Source: Octopus sinensis (lineage: Eukaryota). Taken from it: DNA of 64,000 bases. Every line of letters begins with the position of its first letter. Positions within the stretch are counted from its first letter, which is position 1. The notes under the pieces were generated by a model, which did not search any database, was not told the origin of the DNA, and worked only from the letters and a program-made list of their open reading frames with translations. Shown one piece after another: positions 36,980 through 49,796 of this stretch. Location of the stretch: the NCBI RefSeq assembly GCF_006345805.1, contig NC_042999.1, forward strand, positions 127,162,001 through 127,226,000, read 5' to 3'. Made by a program: the position numbers and the translations under genes.

Positions 36980-37425
36980 GTAGGAGTGGCTGTGTGGTAA
37001 GGCAGAGGAGTGACTATGTGGTAAGGTGCAGGAGTGGTTGTGTGGTAAGTAGCTTGCTTACCAACCACATGGTTTCGGGTTCAGTCCCACTACATAGCAC
37101 CTTGGGCAATGTGTCTTCTACTATAGCCTCGGGCTGACCAAAGCCTTGTGAGTGGATTTGGTAGACAGAAACTGAAAGAAGCCCGTCATATATATGTATA
37201 CGTATATATATATGTGTTTGTGTGTCTATGTTTGTCCCCCCGACATTGCTTAACAATTGATGCTGATGTGTTTACATCACGGTAACTTAGCAGTTCGGCA
37301 AAGGAGACCAATAGAATAAGTACTAGGCTTACAAAGAATAAGTCCTGGGGTCGATTTGCTCGACTAAAAGGCGGTGCTCCAGCATGGCCGCAGTCAAATG
37401 ACTGAAACAAGTAAAAGAGTAAAAA
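36980..37425 (+). mobile_element. SINE group A, full length
   Basis: Head partly triplicated (GGAGTGGCTGTGTGGTAAGG). Canonical tail GTAAAAGAGTAAAAAG. Confidence 0.92.
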
Positions 37426-37479
37426 GTTTTAGGCTGTCTTTTACTATGAAACATAGCTCAATCTGTGATTATATTTTTT

Positions 37480-37800
37480 TAATTCATTACTTTGAGCAAT
37501 GATTGGTAGGTTTGCTTTGGCAATATTGAAGATATTCTGGTGACATGGATTGTATGTCACTATAAATGACTTGTTCCTGCTTTCCTCTTCTTTGGGTTGT
37601 CCTCAGTTGTTGTATGGGTATTTTTATAGCCCGCTGTATGCCATTTTCTATAAGTAGAGACAAGTATTTTTGTTGGAGCAAAAATTCTCTTTGCTATGTT
37701 AGGCGTTTGTTCCTGATACATCCATCTTCTACAATGGTCCAAATTCTTCTGGTTAGGCAGTATATGTTGCATTTTGCATGTGGTGGATAGCATGACTTAA
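37480..37800 (-). pseudogene. Penelope-like reverse transcriptase fragment (C-terminal thumb/linker)
   Basis: Frameshifted pieces NIAKRIF, LQQKYLSLLIENGIQRAIKIPIQQLR and FIVTYNP resemble the PLE RT C-terminal region. Assigned from memory of the family. Confidence 0.6.
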
Positions 37801-37919
37801 AATTCAGGTATTGATGTGTGTCCATGTATTTGTAGTATATATCTGTAGTATACATCCCTTATATATATATATATATTTTTTTTTTTATAGCCCGCTGTAT
37901 GCCATTTTCTATAAGTATA

Positions 37920-38095
37920 TATATATATATATGACAGACTTCTTTCAGTTTCTGTCAACCAAATTAACTCACAAGCTTTGGTTTACCCCAGAGGCTATAG
38001 TAGAAGACACCTGCCCAAGGTGTCATGCAATGAGACTGAACCAGGAACCATGTGATTGGGAAGTAAATTTCTTACCATGCAACCACACCTGTTCA
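37920..38095 (-). mobile_element. SINE group A, 5' half
   Basis: CTTCTTTCAGTTTCTGTC..GAAGACACCTGCCCAAGG..CTTACCATGCAACCAC. Confidence 0.8.
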
Positions 38096-38216
38096 AATCC
38101 CAAAGTCTTTATTAACTTTCAACTTTTTGTTAGGACCCTTACATGGCCTCTGATATAGGTGGGAAGAAGGAAGAGGGAATCCACAAATTTGAGACTTTGT
38201 CAAAATGCTTGCGTTG

Positions 38217-38495
38217 GATTGGATTTTGCTAAAGGTATCCAAGATACCAAAATTTTGCAAAAAGATAATCAAGGAACCAGGCTTTTGCTAAAAGGATTTT
38301 ACTAATTGTAAGCAAGGTATCAGGGCTTTGCGAAGGATAACCAAGGTATCAGGATTTCACTAAAAGTAAGCAATGTACCAAGATTTTACAAAAGGTAAGC
38401 AAGGAACCAGGATTTTGCTAAAGATAAACAAGATACCAGGATTTCACTAAAGGTAAACAAGCTACCAGGGTTTCACTAAAGGTAAGCAATGCTCC
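38217..38495. repeat. 29-bp minisatellite, about 9 diverged units
   Basis: Unit approximately ACCAGGATTTTGCTAAAGGTAAGCAAGGA. Confidence 0.85.
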
Positions 38496-38920
38496 AATGA
38501 TTCTAACAATTCATTATCTCTACTTTGTCATGTTCACAGTTCTAGGTCCTAGCTTCTTCATAGTATTACATAGATATGTTATTTATTCATACTTAGATAT
38601 TTAATCAAATGGTGTGATTATATCTATTATACTACATTTGAGGGCAATATTAGAGTCTATTTAAAATTGTATAGCAACCTATATTTCTGATTTTGACTCC
38701 TTTTCCAATTGAGTTTGCTAGGCATATCATTGATAAAATAAGTACTTCTAATAAACTTTAATAAAAGGTCAAACAACTACACTCTAACACTATCAATTTA
38801 TCAGAGTGCTGTTAACATCTCTATTATCTTTAATTATTTAGGATTCACACTTTCTGTTGTTTCCATCATCACTACATTTCTGACTGATATACCTCACAAT
38901 TATCTTCAGATGATGCTGTG

Positions 38921-38923
<3 letters not shown>

Positions 38924-38954
<31 letters not shown>

Positions 38955-39088
38955 CATACACACATACACACGCACACACACACATTCATGCACACACATA
39001 CATGTACATATGCATACACACACACACAAGCACACACACACACGAGCACACACACACATATATATGTGTATGTATATATGTATATGTA

Positions 39089-39124
<36 letters not shown>

Positions 39125-39405
39125 GGAAGAGAGAGAGAAAGAGAGACAGACCGATAAATAGGTAGATAGAGATATATATATAGATATATAGATAGATAGG
39201 TACATACATACATACACACACATACATACATACGTACATACATACATACATACATACATACATACAGACAGACAGGCATACATACATACATACATACATA
39301 CATACATACATACATACATACATACATACAGACAGACAGACAGACAGGCAGACAGACAGACAGACAGACAGGCATGCATACATACGTATTTGTGTGTGTG
39401 TGTAT
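38924..39405. repeat. Compound microsatellite (CA, TA, GA, TACA, CAGA)
   Basis: Direct reading of the sequence. Confidence 0.95.
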
Positions 39406-39689
39406 TACATTGAGATGTTAAATACTAAAAACCTGTAACTGTCTGTTACTTTTGATTCCCATTTAAATTTGATTTTCTTCACTGATGTCATTAATTATAC
39501 TTTTGAGAAAGGAATCAATGTGATGCAATCTCCCTGTGCAAGAATCTTCATCTTCATTATATTTGTGACCAGATGAAAGCAGGTATACAAATTTTCAAAG
39601 AAGTTAACAGCCACCTGAAGACCAGAAACGAGGTATGTGGGAGTAGCTCACATACCTTGGCCAAAGATGTAAGTGGACAATGTTGAAAG

Positions 39690-40030
39690 TCCTCTGTTCA
39701 TTCTGTAATGGATGTCTACAACCAGGAACCTGATCAGGGATATCAAGGTAGAGGAAAAACAGAATGGGAGTGAGGGTGCATCCTTGCTTCTGGCCAGTTG
39801 TAATTGAAAAGAAACTGAAGAGAGCATTCTTGGCAATGACCTGGTCAGACATTCCACCATGTAGGACCTGAATGAGGTTCATAAAGCAATTGGGACAATC
39901 AAAATGCTTTAGGGTGACCCACATTACAGGTCTTGGTATGCTTTTGAAAGCCTTCTCAAAGTCCCAGAACACAAAGATTAATGACTTTCTCTGCTCTCGA
40001 GGCTTTTCTTGGAGTAAGCAGACACAAAAA
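39690..40030 (-). pseudogene. RTE LINE RT N-terminal fragment
   Basis: Reads REQRKSLIFVFWDFEKAFKSIPR and ITTGQKQGCTLTPILF. Confidence 0.82.
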
Positions 40031-40454
40031 ACCATGTTGTTGGTATCATGGGGTGGGAGGAGTTACTTTTGTACCCCACACTATCTTTAAAAATTATGGT
40101 TTAGTTAAGGGAGAAAGGACAGCATCTATGATCTCATGACCTTTCTCAAGATTCAAGGCTGGTGAGAAGAAGTTATTCTCAGACTGGAGACCTAATCTGA
40201 AAGCTTGCAACATTTTGGACTCTGCTAAAGCACTCCTAGACTGAATTTACTCATGAGATAAATAAAGGAGCATATTTGGCATATTTTGCTTTATGCTTCC
40301 CAGAAACTTAATGGTTCAACAAAAAGACCAATAGAATAAGTACCAGGCTTTAAAAAAAAAAGTACTGGGATTGATTCATTCGACTAAAAAATTCAAGTTG
40401 ATGCCCTAGCATTGTTGCAGTCCAAAGACTGAAATAAGTAAAAGAATATATATA

Positions 40455-41735
40455 TATTGGGTTATCCTGTAAATAATGCAGTTTTATCAATTGCATGATC
40501 TAAAAGTCAGAGGGGGATGGGATAAACTACCTGCATCAACTTGCTATGAATGCAGGTAGTAAATTTACTTTGTACTTATTTTTACTGCAAGTTTTGAAGA
40601 ATGCAGTTCGATTTTAACAGTTATTTTTTCAAAGTTATAATAGAAGTGACAAAGGAGCATATTTGGCATATTTTGCTTTATGAGTTCAATAAAGGTAACA
40701 ATGCAACAGAATAAAAGTGCGAGGAATATTAATGCAGTATATGGGGATTGGACAATAAGTGTAAGCTAGTGTCAATGGTAGTTCCAGAAATTCCAAGCCA
40801 GAAACTACAGCCTAGAACATGAGCTGCATCCTGGAAGGTTTGTAGAGATTGACAAGGATGTTCTGCAAATCCTTGTGGAACAAAATCCTATTGTAACTGT
40901 TGAGAAACTAGCAGAGGAGCTTGGATTTGGTCATTCAACCATTCATCGACACTTGTGTGCCATTGGAAAAGTCAGCAAATTGAGTCAATGGGTTCCTCAT
41001 AAATTTTCTGAGTCTAATCACATGCAGAGAGTGAATGTGTGCTCTTCTTTGTTGTCACATCTCATGAATCAACCTTTTTTAGATCGAATAGTGACTGGTA
41101 GCAAGAAATGTGTTCTCTATAAAAATGTCAAGAGCGAAAGAGAGTGGGTGGGGAGAGGAGAAACACCAGCACCCCAGGCTAAAGAAAGTCTTCACCCATG
41201 TAAGGTGTTGTTATCTGCTTGGTGAGATATGAAAGGTTTAGTCCACTTTGAACTCTTAAACCCAAACTAAACAATAACAAAAGAGATCTGCTGCAAGCAG
41301 CTTGAGTGACTTAAGTCAGCACTAAAAGAAAAATTATCATCTTTGGTTTCAAGATGAATGGTGTTTTTCCATCAGGATAATGCTTGACTACATACAGTGA
41401 GGATAACATTCTAAAGGCTGGAGCAGTTTGAATGGGAAACGATGCCCCACCACCATATTTGCCAGACATTGTCCTATCTGATTATCATTTATTCTGCAGT
41501 TTTCAAAATTATTTGGACAAAAACATATGAATTCTGTAGATAAGGTTATAACAGTAATGGAGGAGTATTTTTCATCATGGACAAGTGAATTTTGAAAGAG
41601 AGACCTTGCAAGTCCACCAGATAGATGGAAGAGCATTGTAGAAAATGAAGAAGAGTCTATTTTAGATTAAAAATGAGCTTTGTTTATTTTAATTTTAAAA
41701 ACTAAAAGAAATATTAAAAAACCGTATTATTTACG
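40455..41735 (+). mobile_element. Near full-length degenerate mariner (Hsmar1/cecropia-like)
   Basis: TIR TATTGGGTTATCCTGTAAATAATGC. N-terminus EVTKEHIWHILLYEFNKG. ORF 40875-41225 has WVPHK and DRIVTG. Downstream HQDNA and PDIVLSDY remnants. Confidence 0.88.
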
Positions 41736-41736
41736 G

Positions 41737-42066
41737 AACTGTCTATCTCAACGAAATTGGGCAAATTTAAATTTTTAAAAATTATAGAATTTTATGCTTA
41801 TTACTTAATAATAATACTAAAACAAATAGGTTTATAAATCTTGTGTCAAAACTTTGTTGACAAAAATTTTCAATATTTTCTCCATCTGTGTCCCTGCAGA
41901 TAAGCCAGATCCAACAGGAATGAAAATAAACTTATTAAAAAAATTGTGAAAATTATAAAATTATAAACAAAATAAAAATTTAAACACTTTTAACATATTA
42001 AACATGATAAACATAAATAAAAGTGAATTTTAAAAAAATTATCCAATTTCACTGAAATAGATAGTT
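41737..42066. mobile_element. AT-rich MITE
   Basis: TIR AACTGTCTATCTCAACGAAATTGG / CCAATTTCACTGAAATAGATAGTT. Confidence 0.7.
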
Positions 42067-42145
42067 AATTCTGCATATGTGTGTGTGTGTGCGTGTGTGT
42101 GTATGTATATATCTATATACACACACACACACACATATTTATATA

Positions 42146-43000
42146 TCTAATATATAAATCCTGTTCTATCTGTCTGTTTGTGTGCTTATAACTTGAGAAT
42201 TGTTCCTCCAATCGCACTGAAATTTTAAACATGGATACATAAGAGAGCGGGGCCTTCTGTAATCTAAAAAGATTTTCAAAACTGTCAGTTTCAAAGTGAG
42301 AATCGCTAATTTTGTAATCTTTTTGTCCTATTTCTTCCTCCATGCTCTTCATTAAAAGCAACAAGTTGCTCAGACAGCCGGCACATACCATTTTGCTGGC
42401 AACAAGAGGAGTACAGGATGACGGTCAGCAAAAACCGTCACTATTCTTTCCTCTCTCTGTCCCCCTCTCTATATACGTAGAGAACTCAATACGATTATCT
42501 AACTTAGAGCAACAGTCGTCAAATGCAAAAGGCCAAAGAACTCTTAATATATACATATATACATACATAAGACAGTAGGGTGTTTTGAGGGAGATTTGGC
42601 TGCTGTTTCTACCAGGTCTAGCTAACGTGTAGAGGTCTCCCTCTTTGACTCATACATACATATATACATAAGACAGAAAGGTGTGATTTGAGGGAGATTT
42701 GGCTGTTATTTCTACCAGGTCTGGCTACCATGGAGATGTCTTCCTAATATATAAATCCCGTTCTGTCTGTCTGTTTTTTGTGTACTTATAATCCAAGTAT
42801 TGTTCATTCGATCACACTGAAATTTTAAACATGGATACATGAAAGAGCAGGACATTCCGTAATTTAAAAAGATTTTCAAAATTGTCAGTTTCAAAGTGAG
42901 AATCACTATTTTTGTTTTCCTTATGGCCTGTCCACCGGATGATTAAACCCTCTTCACCTATACAAACCATCCAATGGACGGGGAAGGGGGCATTTGCTAG
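42146..43000 (+). mobile_element. Two related non-autonomous Helitron-like copies (42146-42540, 42745-43000)
   Basis: Shared start CTAATATATAAATCC.GTTCT.TCTGTCTG and about 170 bp of shared body. The second copy ends in CTAG|T at 42997-43001. Confidence 0.65.
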
Positions 43001-43029
43001 TATATAAATATATATATATATATTATAGT

Positions 43030-43270
43030 GGAGGTGCATGGCTTAGTGGTTAGGGTGTCAGCATCATGATCGTAAGAATGTGGTTTCGATTCCTGGACCA
43101 GGCAACATGTTGTGTTCTTGAGGCAAAACACTTCATTTGACATTGCTCCAGTCCACTCAGCTGACAAAAATGAGTAACGCTGCGAGGGACTGGCGTCCCA
43201 TCCAGCTGGGGAACACATACACCATAGAAACCGGGACCATGAGCCTGGCTAGGCTTTGAAAGGGTGCATT
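43030..43270 (+). mobile_element. SINE group C (tail variant 3)
   Basis: TGGCTTAGTGG, GGTTTCGATTCC and CAGTCCACTCAGCTG motifs. Confidence 0.8.
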
Positions 43271-44129
43271 TATTCTTATATTATATATATATTATACACA
43301 CACATATCAGACAATGCTTCATGCAAACTATACTAATCAAGAAGTTGTTATAATGCAACACTTTTTATTTTGCATTTTTTTTCTCTAAACTGTTGTAGGT
43401 CTTAAGTTAAAGGCAAAACATGATTAATTGATTTAAGTTAACTGTACTAAGACAGAAATAATTAAGTTGACTGGAAGTAGAGTTCACAAATAGTTAGTTT
43501 CTCATTGCTAAATACTGAGATATGCACTTGAACAATTTCAACAATAATGGATGAATATTTAAAGATATTGTCTTATGTTGTGACTTGTATTAAATTTTAA
43601 ATCTTCATATGATAATTTGCAGTTCTGAACATCAGCTGCTGCAAATGGTGTTTTCCTTCTAACTACCCTGTTCCCATCACAAGTAACATTTTCTTAGCAC
43701 CCTGGCTTTTTCCACAGTTACAGGTGCTGTGCAAGTCTCACTTTCCTCTCCCCACTTTCCTTTCCTGTTGCTAATTTGTTCCTCACTTGCTAATAATATC
43801 TGTTAACCACACACTGGTGGTGACCAGGGGGTGGAGGACATCTGGTGGCTGTATTTGCAATTTGTTAATTGTCAGTATTGCAGATGTTCCATTTGTGTGT
43901 AGAGGTGGTGGCATGCTAGTATTAAAGGTAGTTGTTATTGGGGTACCTCTCAAACTTGTTCCTTTTCTTAACAGCAGGACTCCCAATCCATTTCCATTAG
44001 CAATATGTGTAGTGGTGAACAATGAAGAAACTAGGAGTCATTTGAAGCCTGGTGAGATTTTCTATCATTTCTCACAAAAAAGGCACTTACTTTGACTGCA
44101 AGGAGGCAATTTTTATCAACACACATCCA

Positions 44130-44170
<41 letters not shown>

Positions 44171-44173
44171 CCC

Positions 44174-44205
<32 letters not shown>

Positions 44206-44495
44206 CCCTACCATCATCATCATCATCACCTTTATCATCATCATTACATTATCGTCATTGTCGTCATCGTCATCGTCATCATCATCATCATCATCACTGC
44301 TACTTCAACCACTACAGCATCTGTTGTCACAACACTACCAAGTTCAGCCATAGGTTTGGGTTATGATTTAATTCATTTAAGCTTTATTTATTTAACCTTT
44401 CAATACATAAAAAAAAAGATATAGATATTTATTAATTTGTTATTAGTGACAGAAGTAGTATTAGTTCAAATTAGCAATATGTATGTCATACTTAA

Positions 44496-44533
<38 letters not shown>

Positions 44534-44569
44534 TACTGAAAGCCTCCTAAACTGTGACTTTTGTTTCAG

Positions 44570-44995
44570 GAAAGCGTCTCTTGCAGATGAATAGTGTTAA
44601 AAAGCGCAGAAATATATCAGCAATGAGCAAAAAAGTTTTATAAAGGTAACAAGAACAACATGGCTTCAATACATCTACTCACTTGCTTCAACTCTGCAGC
44701 CCTTGTCACATTAATGTGACATCACCAGTCTTAGTCATTTCTATTGTTATTGCCGTAGGAAATGTTCTGATGAACTTTCTCCCTTAGTTTCAGATAACTT
44801 TATGCCATCTCATCTGACTTGAAATTCAAAGCATCTTTATCCAAAGGCTGTTGTACTTACACAAGTAAGGAAGTCTTTCTATGGTCAAAGCTTTTTTCTC
44901 AAACTGCCAGACTTTGGAACACTCTTATCATTTCCCCACTTCTTATGAGCTGAACTCTTTGAAGACTAAAGGAAATTCATTCCTTTCATCTTAAT
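44570..44995 (+). pseudogene. Old L2/CR1-type LINE C-terminal fragment
   Basis: Reads STLQPLSH, TSLSHFYCY..KCSDEL and QSFF.QTARLWNTL..FPTSYELNSLK. Confidence 0.65.
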
Positions 44996-45037
44996 TGTTT
45001 TCTTCTTCATAATCCCTTACACTAAGTGGTTTCTCAC

Positions 45038-45450
45038 AGGAGTGGCTGTGTGGTAAGTAGCTCGCTTACAAACCACATGGTTCCAGGTTCAGTCCCACTG
45101 CATGGCACCTTGGGTAAATGTCTTCTACTATAGCTTTGGGCCGACCAAAGCCTTGTGAGTGGATTTGGTAGGCAGAAACTGAAAGAAGCCCGTCGTATAT
45201 ATGTATATATATATATATGTATGTGTGTGTATATGTTTGTGTCAGTGTTTGTCCCCCCCCCCCAACATCGCTTGACAACCGATGGTGGTGTGTTTACGTC
45301 CCCGTAACTTAGCGGTTCAGCAAAAGAGAGGGCGATAGAATAAGTACTAGGCTTACAAAGAATAAGTCCTGGAGTCAATTTGCTTGACTAAAGGTGGTGC
45401 TCTAGCATGGCCATAGTCAAATGACTGAAACAAGTAGAAGAGTAAAGAGT
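45038..45450 (+). mobile_element. SINE group A, full length
   Basis: Canonical head and tail. Confidence 0.92.
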
Positions 45451-45477
45451 GTATATATATATATATATATACACACA

Positions 45478-46470
45478 CACAAAAGTCAGCTGAAAAATTT
45501 ATAGACTGACCAAAATACTCACATGAAGTGTGGCCAAATGAGGTTTCTTTTTCAATATAGTCCCTCTTGTGGTCCGCACACTTCTTCCATTGGTGATGTT
45601 CTACTTGGATCTCATTGGTGAAGAAGCTTTCATCCTGTTTGTCAAAAAGAATCAGCAGCAGCAGATATGATGTTATCATCACTGTGACACCAGTTTCCAG
45701 CCAAGGGTTTTTTCATGTTAGGGAACAGATGATAGCCAGATGGGGCTAAATCAAAAGAATAGGGAGGCTGATCAACCATTTCAAAGCCACAGTCACACAC
45801 AACAGCTATTGAAACCAAGGGCCTGTGTGCTAGAGCATTGTCCTGATGAAACAAGACCTCTTTCATCAGTTTTTCTGGGCAATTGGTTTTGATAACCTTT
45901 TGTAACTGCTTCATCAAGTGAGAAAGATTATCAAGGAAAAACCACGTTGAGAGATAGGATGGGAGGTTGGGGTACCTAGGGAAAGGAATTGGGCAAATGA
46001 CCCAGTTGTGCATTAATCAACAGGAGCAAATGATGTAAGCTTTGCTTGGTAGAGAGAGCAAAAATCCTGAAAGTACTCTCCATTGTTGATGTGGCCCTTT
46101 TGAAGACGATCAATAAAGACAATACTTTTGCATTCCCAAAAACTGAGGCTGTCAGCTTCCCTGCAGATGAAACCTTTAGCTGTCTATGAAACAGGTGAGG
46201 AGTGGTGTTTCCACTGCATGAATCGTCTCTTTGTCCCAGGCTCAAAGTGATCAGCCCAACACTCATCCTGGCTTATGAAACGTTCAAGTAAACTAGCTAT
46301 TGTCAGATTTTCCTGTGATGTGATCAGCTTAGTGAGCTTTTGATCAGTGTCAGAAGATATGGCAACTACTGAGCTCAAACCATCATGCCAGGCTCATTGT
46401 GCAGAATATTGTCAACTCTCTCATGAGATATGCCAATAGCATTGGCTATTTGATTTATAGTCAGTTACCT
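45478..46470 (-). mobile_element. 5'-truncated degenerate mariner
   Basis: Reads INQIANAIGISHERV, FISQDECWADHFEPGTK, FHQDNALAH and PPYSFDLAPSGYHLFPNMKK. Confidence 0.88.
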
Positions 46471-46479
46471 GTCATCCAT

Positions 46480-46693
46480 GTATGTGTCTTGTGTCTGTGT
46501 TTGTCTGCCTCACCCCCGACCACTTGACAACTGGTGTTGGTGTGTTTATGTCCCCATAACTTAGTGATTCAGCAAGAGAAATCAATAGAAAAAGTACAAA
46601 GCTTAAAAAAAAAAGTACTGGAGTTGATACATTTAACTAAAAATTCTTCTAAGTGTTGCCTCAGCATAGCCACAGTTTAATGAGTGAAACAAA
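46480..46693 (+). mobile_element. SINE group A, 3' half
   Basis: Its tail is interrupted by the Helitron and resumes as TAAAAGATAAAAG at 47182. Confidence 0.8.
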
Positions 46694-47181
46694 TCTATAT
46701 ATATAAAACTGTAGTTGTGTGAGTGTCTGTCCCCTTCGATTTAGATTCCTAACTACTCCCACATTTTGCGGTGCAGTTTAACCAAATTCGGGTATCTTAT
46801 AGTCGTGATTCATATCGAGCCCGTCTGAGTCTACGATTTTAAAAATAATTTAACATAATTTTTTATTCCATTTTAATGCATAATTTTTCGTGTCGATGGT
46901 GGCGGAGTTGGCGTCCATGGTCACACCTGCACCTGTTTGCTTCTCCTCCTTCTTCCGTCCCTCGTGAAGCTGTGGGGAAGGGAGTGTAAGGAAATCAACG
47001 TCGTAAAGCATTGTCAAGGAGACCAGCGTTCTTTTAGAACAACGACTTCATGGCTTGAAGACACCAAAACAGAAATGGCTAAGAAAGCCCGAATTGGCAT
47101 CTATAAGGGAAGTAACTCTCTAAAAATGCTTATATAGTTATTTCCCTTGCAAACCCGAGCAACGCCGGGCGATACTGCTAG
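46694..47181 (+). mobile_element. Complete non-autonomous Helitron
   Basis: A|TCTATATATATAAAA start, subterminal hairpin CCCGAGCAACGCCGGG and CTAG|T end. Inserted at an AT dinucleotide without a TSD. Confidence 0.88.
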
Positions 47182-47489
47182 TAAAAGATAAAAGATAAAA
47201 AGTTTATTATTGCTGTTGTTATTATTTGATGGCAAGGTTTTCTTAACCAATTATTATATGCATATTAAGTACCTTTCACTATAAAAATGATTTATTTGTG
47301 AACTAAAACCACAATTCACATTAACTTCATAATAAACAGCCCAATACAGATAGCAATTTTGATATGATCTGAAAGTCTATTTTAATTATAGTGTTCTATT
47401 CACCTTATATTTAAAATATGATTTGTCTGTGTGTCATCAGCACCTTTTTATGATTGGATACTCCAATCTGGCATGTTTTTTTATGTATG

Positions 47490-47665
47490 TCAGCACCATA
47501 TATAGAAGCAGCACACCTGGTTGGTGAACATCATTTTGTAATCATAAGGTTTTGCTTTCAATCCCATTGTGTGACTTCTTTGGTAAGTGTCTTCTTTTAC
47601 AACAGACATGGGTTTCAACCCAAGCCTTGTGAGTGAAATGGTGTACATGGAAACTGTACAGAAGC
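47490..47665 (+). mobile_element. SINE group A-like 5' half, degenerate
   Basis: TTTGGTAAGTGTCTTC..AAGCCTTGTGAGTGAAATGG..GGAAACTGTACAGAAGC. Confidence 0.6.
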
Positions 47666-47785
47666 TTTTTGGATTGTAACCTGTTGTTTCAAATATAGAG
47701 CATGTGTTATGCTGATCCTGCCAGAAGATTACATTTACAGTGCATGGGCTTTGAAAAAATATACTTAGCCATCAATCAGCTCCTC

Positions 47786-47837
<52 letters not shown>

Positions 47838-47928
47838 AGCCACCACCATGATATCTACCTCAGTATAGCTTGTTCTAACAGAACATCCACATTTAAGTGG
47901 GGATAAATATTACAAAGACAAAGACAGA

Positions 47929-48014
<86 letters not shown>

Positions 48015-48619
48015 ACGTAGCATGCTTAGATAACGACTATATTGTTAGTATCCATATAGCATCCAGTAGTTCATGGAAAGAATTGGATTCAGTGCTGCAA
48101 GTTCCTGTTATAAAGTGCTCTTACTATTTTCAAGAATAATCTGTACTCTCCCAAATCATGTCCTTTTACCAGGGATACACTAATGTACTGGTGAAGCAAT
48201 ACAGATTGCTGATCCTTTACTGAACAACTCAACCAATTGAAAATCTATAAAAAAACGAAGTCAAAACTTTTTAAACCCCCACCCCCACCCCACATACACA
48301 CACACATCTGCTTTTCTTGCAAGAAAGTTATTGTGGTAGTGTTGACAAGTATCGTGTTTCTTGTAAAATAGTTTAAATTTTCTGCTTCAGTTTTAAATAT
48401 TAATGTACCATTCCAAAACAATATTTTCTTTACATCTGAAATTTATTTGCAATTCTTCTAAGAGTTTTATGGTGTAACAGAATACAGTTTTTTTCCTCTC
48501 TTTTCTTTTTCATTGTGTATGTCACATGTGTTGTATGTGTGTTGTGTGTATTATATGTTCGTGTATTGTATTATGTGTTGTGTATATTATGTCTGTGTAT
48601 TTGGATATGATATTAAGTA

Positions 48620-48650
<31 letters not shown>

Positions 48651-49796
48651 GAAAGAAAGAAAATATTTAGTTGTTGTTCTATAGAGAAATAAAATAGCCA
48701 CATGTAATTTTCATTTGGTTATTTTACACAAATGTTCACAGACATAAAACCCCCACCAATGCAATTTTTTTTCTTAACTGCATTAAGAAAATTGAAAGTC
48801 CAAAGTATTTTTATTTTGTTTTGACATTAATTCAACTGTGAAAATTGTAGAAAAGAAAAGAAAAAAGTTTCTTTTTATATTTTCATAGAAGTTTGTCTCA
48901 GTCTTTTTAGTTTCATTAATATTATTGCAGAATTCTTGTGAAAAGTATGTTTACACATACACAAATATGTACACATATACACCCAAACATGCGTGCATTC
49001 ATGTATGCATGAGGATTCTATTTGCAAGCATATGGACAAATATGCACACTTTCGTAAAGATTTTGCTATTGTGAGTGAAAAGTTATACAGTATAAGTATG
49101 CTTACTGTGAGTGAAATAAATGTGTTTATTTTAACTGGTTGTAAATATTTAGTTAATGTCAACTCTATTCAAACTTCCATCATACTGATATTTTTGGTTG
49201 CTGATGCAAAGAATAATGCAACAATTATAACCCTGTTGTTTCAGCCCAAATTTAATCATCATCCATACTTGATAAAATTCAGTTAAGTTTTTCACAAATA
49301 TTTTTTAATGAGCTCTACACAACATCCAAGAGTGACTGTATTAACTCTTCATCATCACATTGCCTGCTTGTTAAATCTTTATTTCATATAATACTATAAT
49401 GAAAGCAGTCATTCTTTTGGTGATATTTCAGTGTCAGTAGAGGGGAAATGGAAGGGAAACCCACAGTCTATTGGCATGTAGAATCTAGAGACTATAACTT
49501 TTCTTTTACCTTTTTTGGAGTTGAGAAAAACACTTTCATTCTGAATGGGTTGTTCTTTTATTCTTTTAATGATTTCACTTATTGGACTATAGCCATGTTA
49601 GGGCATTGCTTTCAAAGGGGTTTTTAACAATTTTCATTGCCATCAATCTTGAGCGAAACAGAAGAGAGACAACTTGGTCTGAAATCAGACTGACAAAATC
49701 ATGTCCCTAGAAAGATAGAAATATAAAGTGAAAAACAACAAACAAAAGAGTGTACAATGAAACTTAATATACCAAGCAACGAAACCAAAACATACA

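Noticed and set aside
39611-39648. CTGAAGA-CCA-GAAAC-GAG-GTA hammerhead-like words
   Set aside because: There is no room for helix II (3 nt), and it lies at the edge of a LINE relic.
44570-44645. Apparent exon after TTTGTTTCAG (KRLLQMNSVKKRR..)
   Set aside because: It is contiguous with recognisable L2/CR1 LINE coding remnants downstream.
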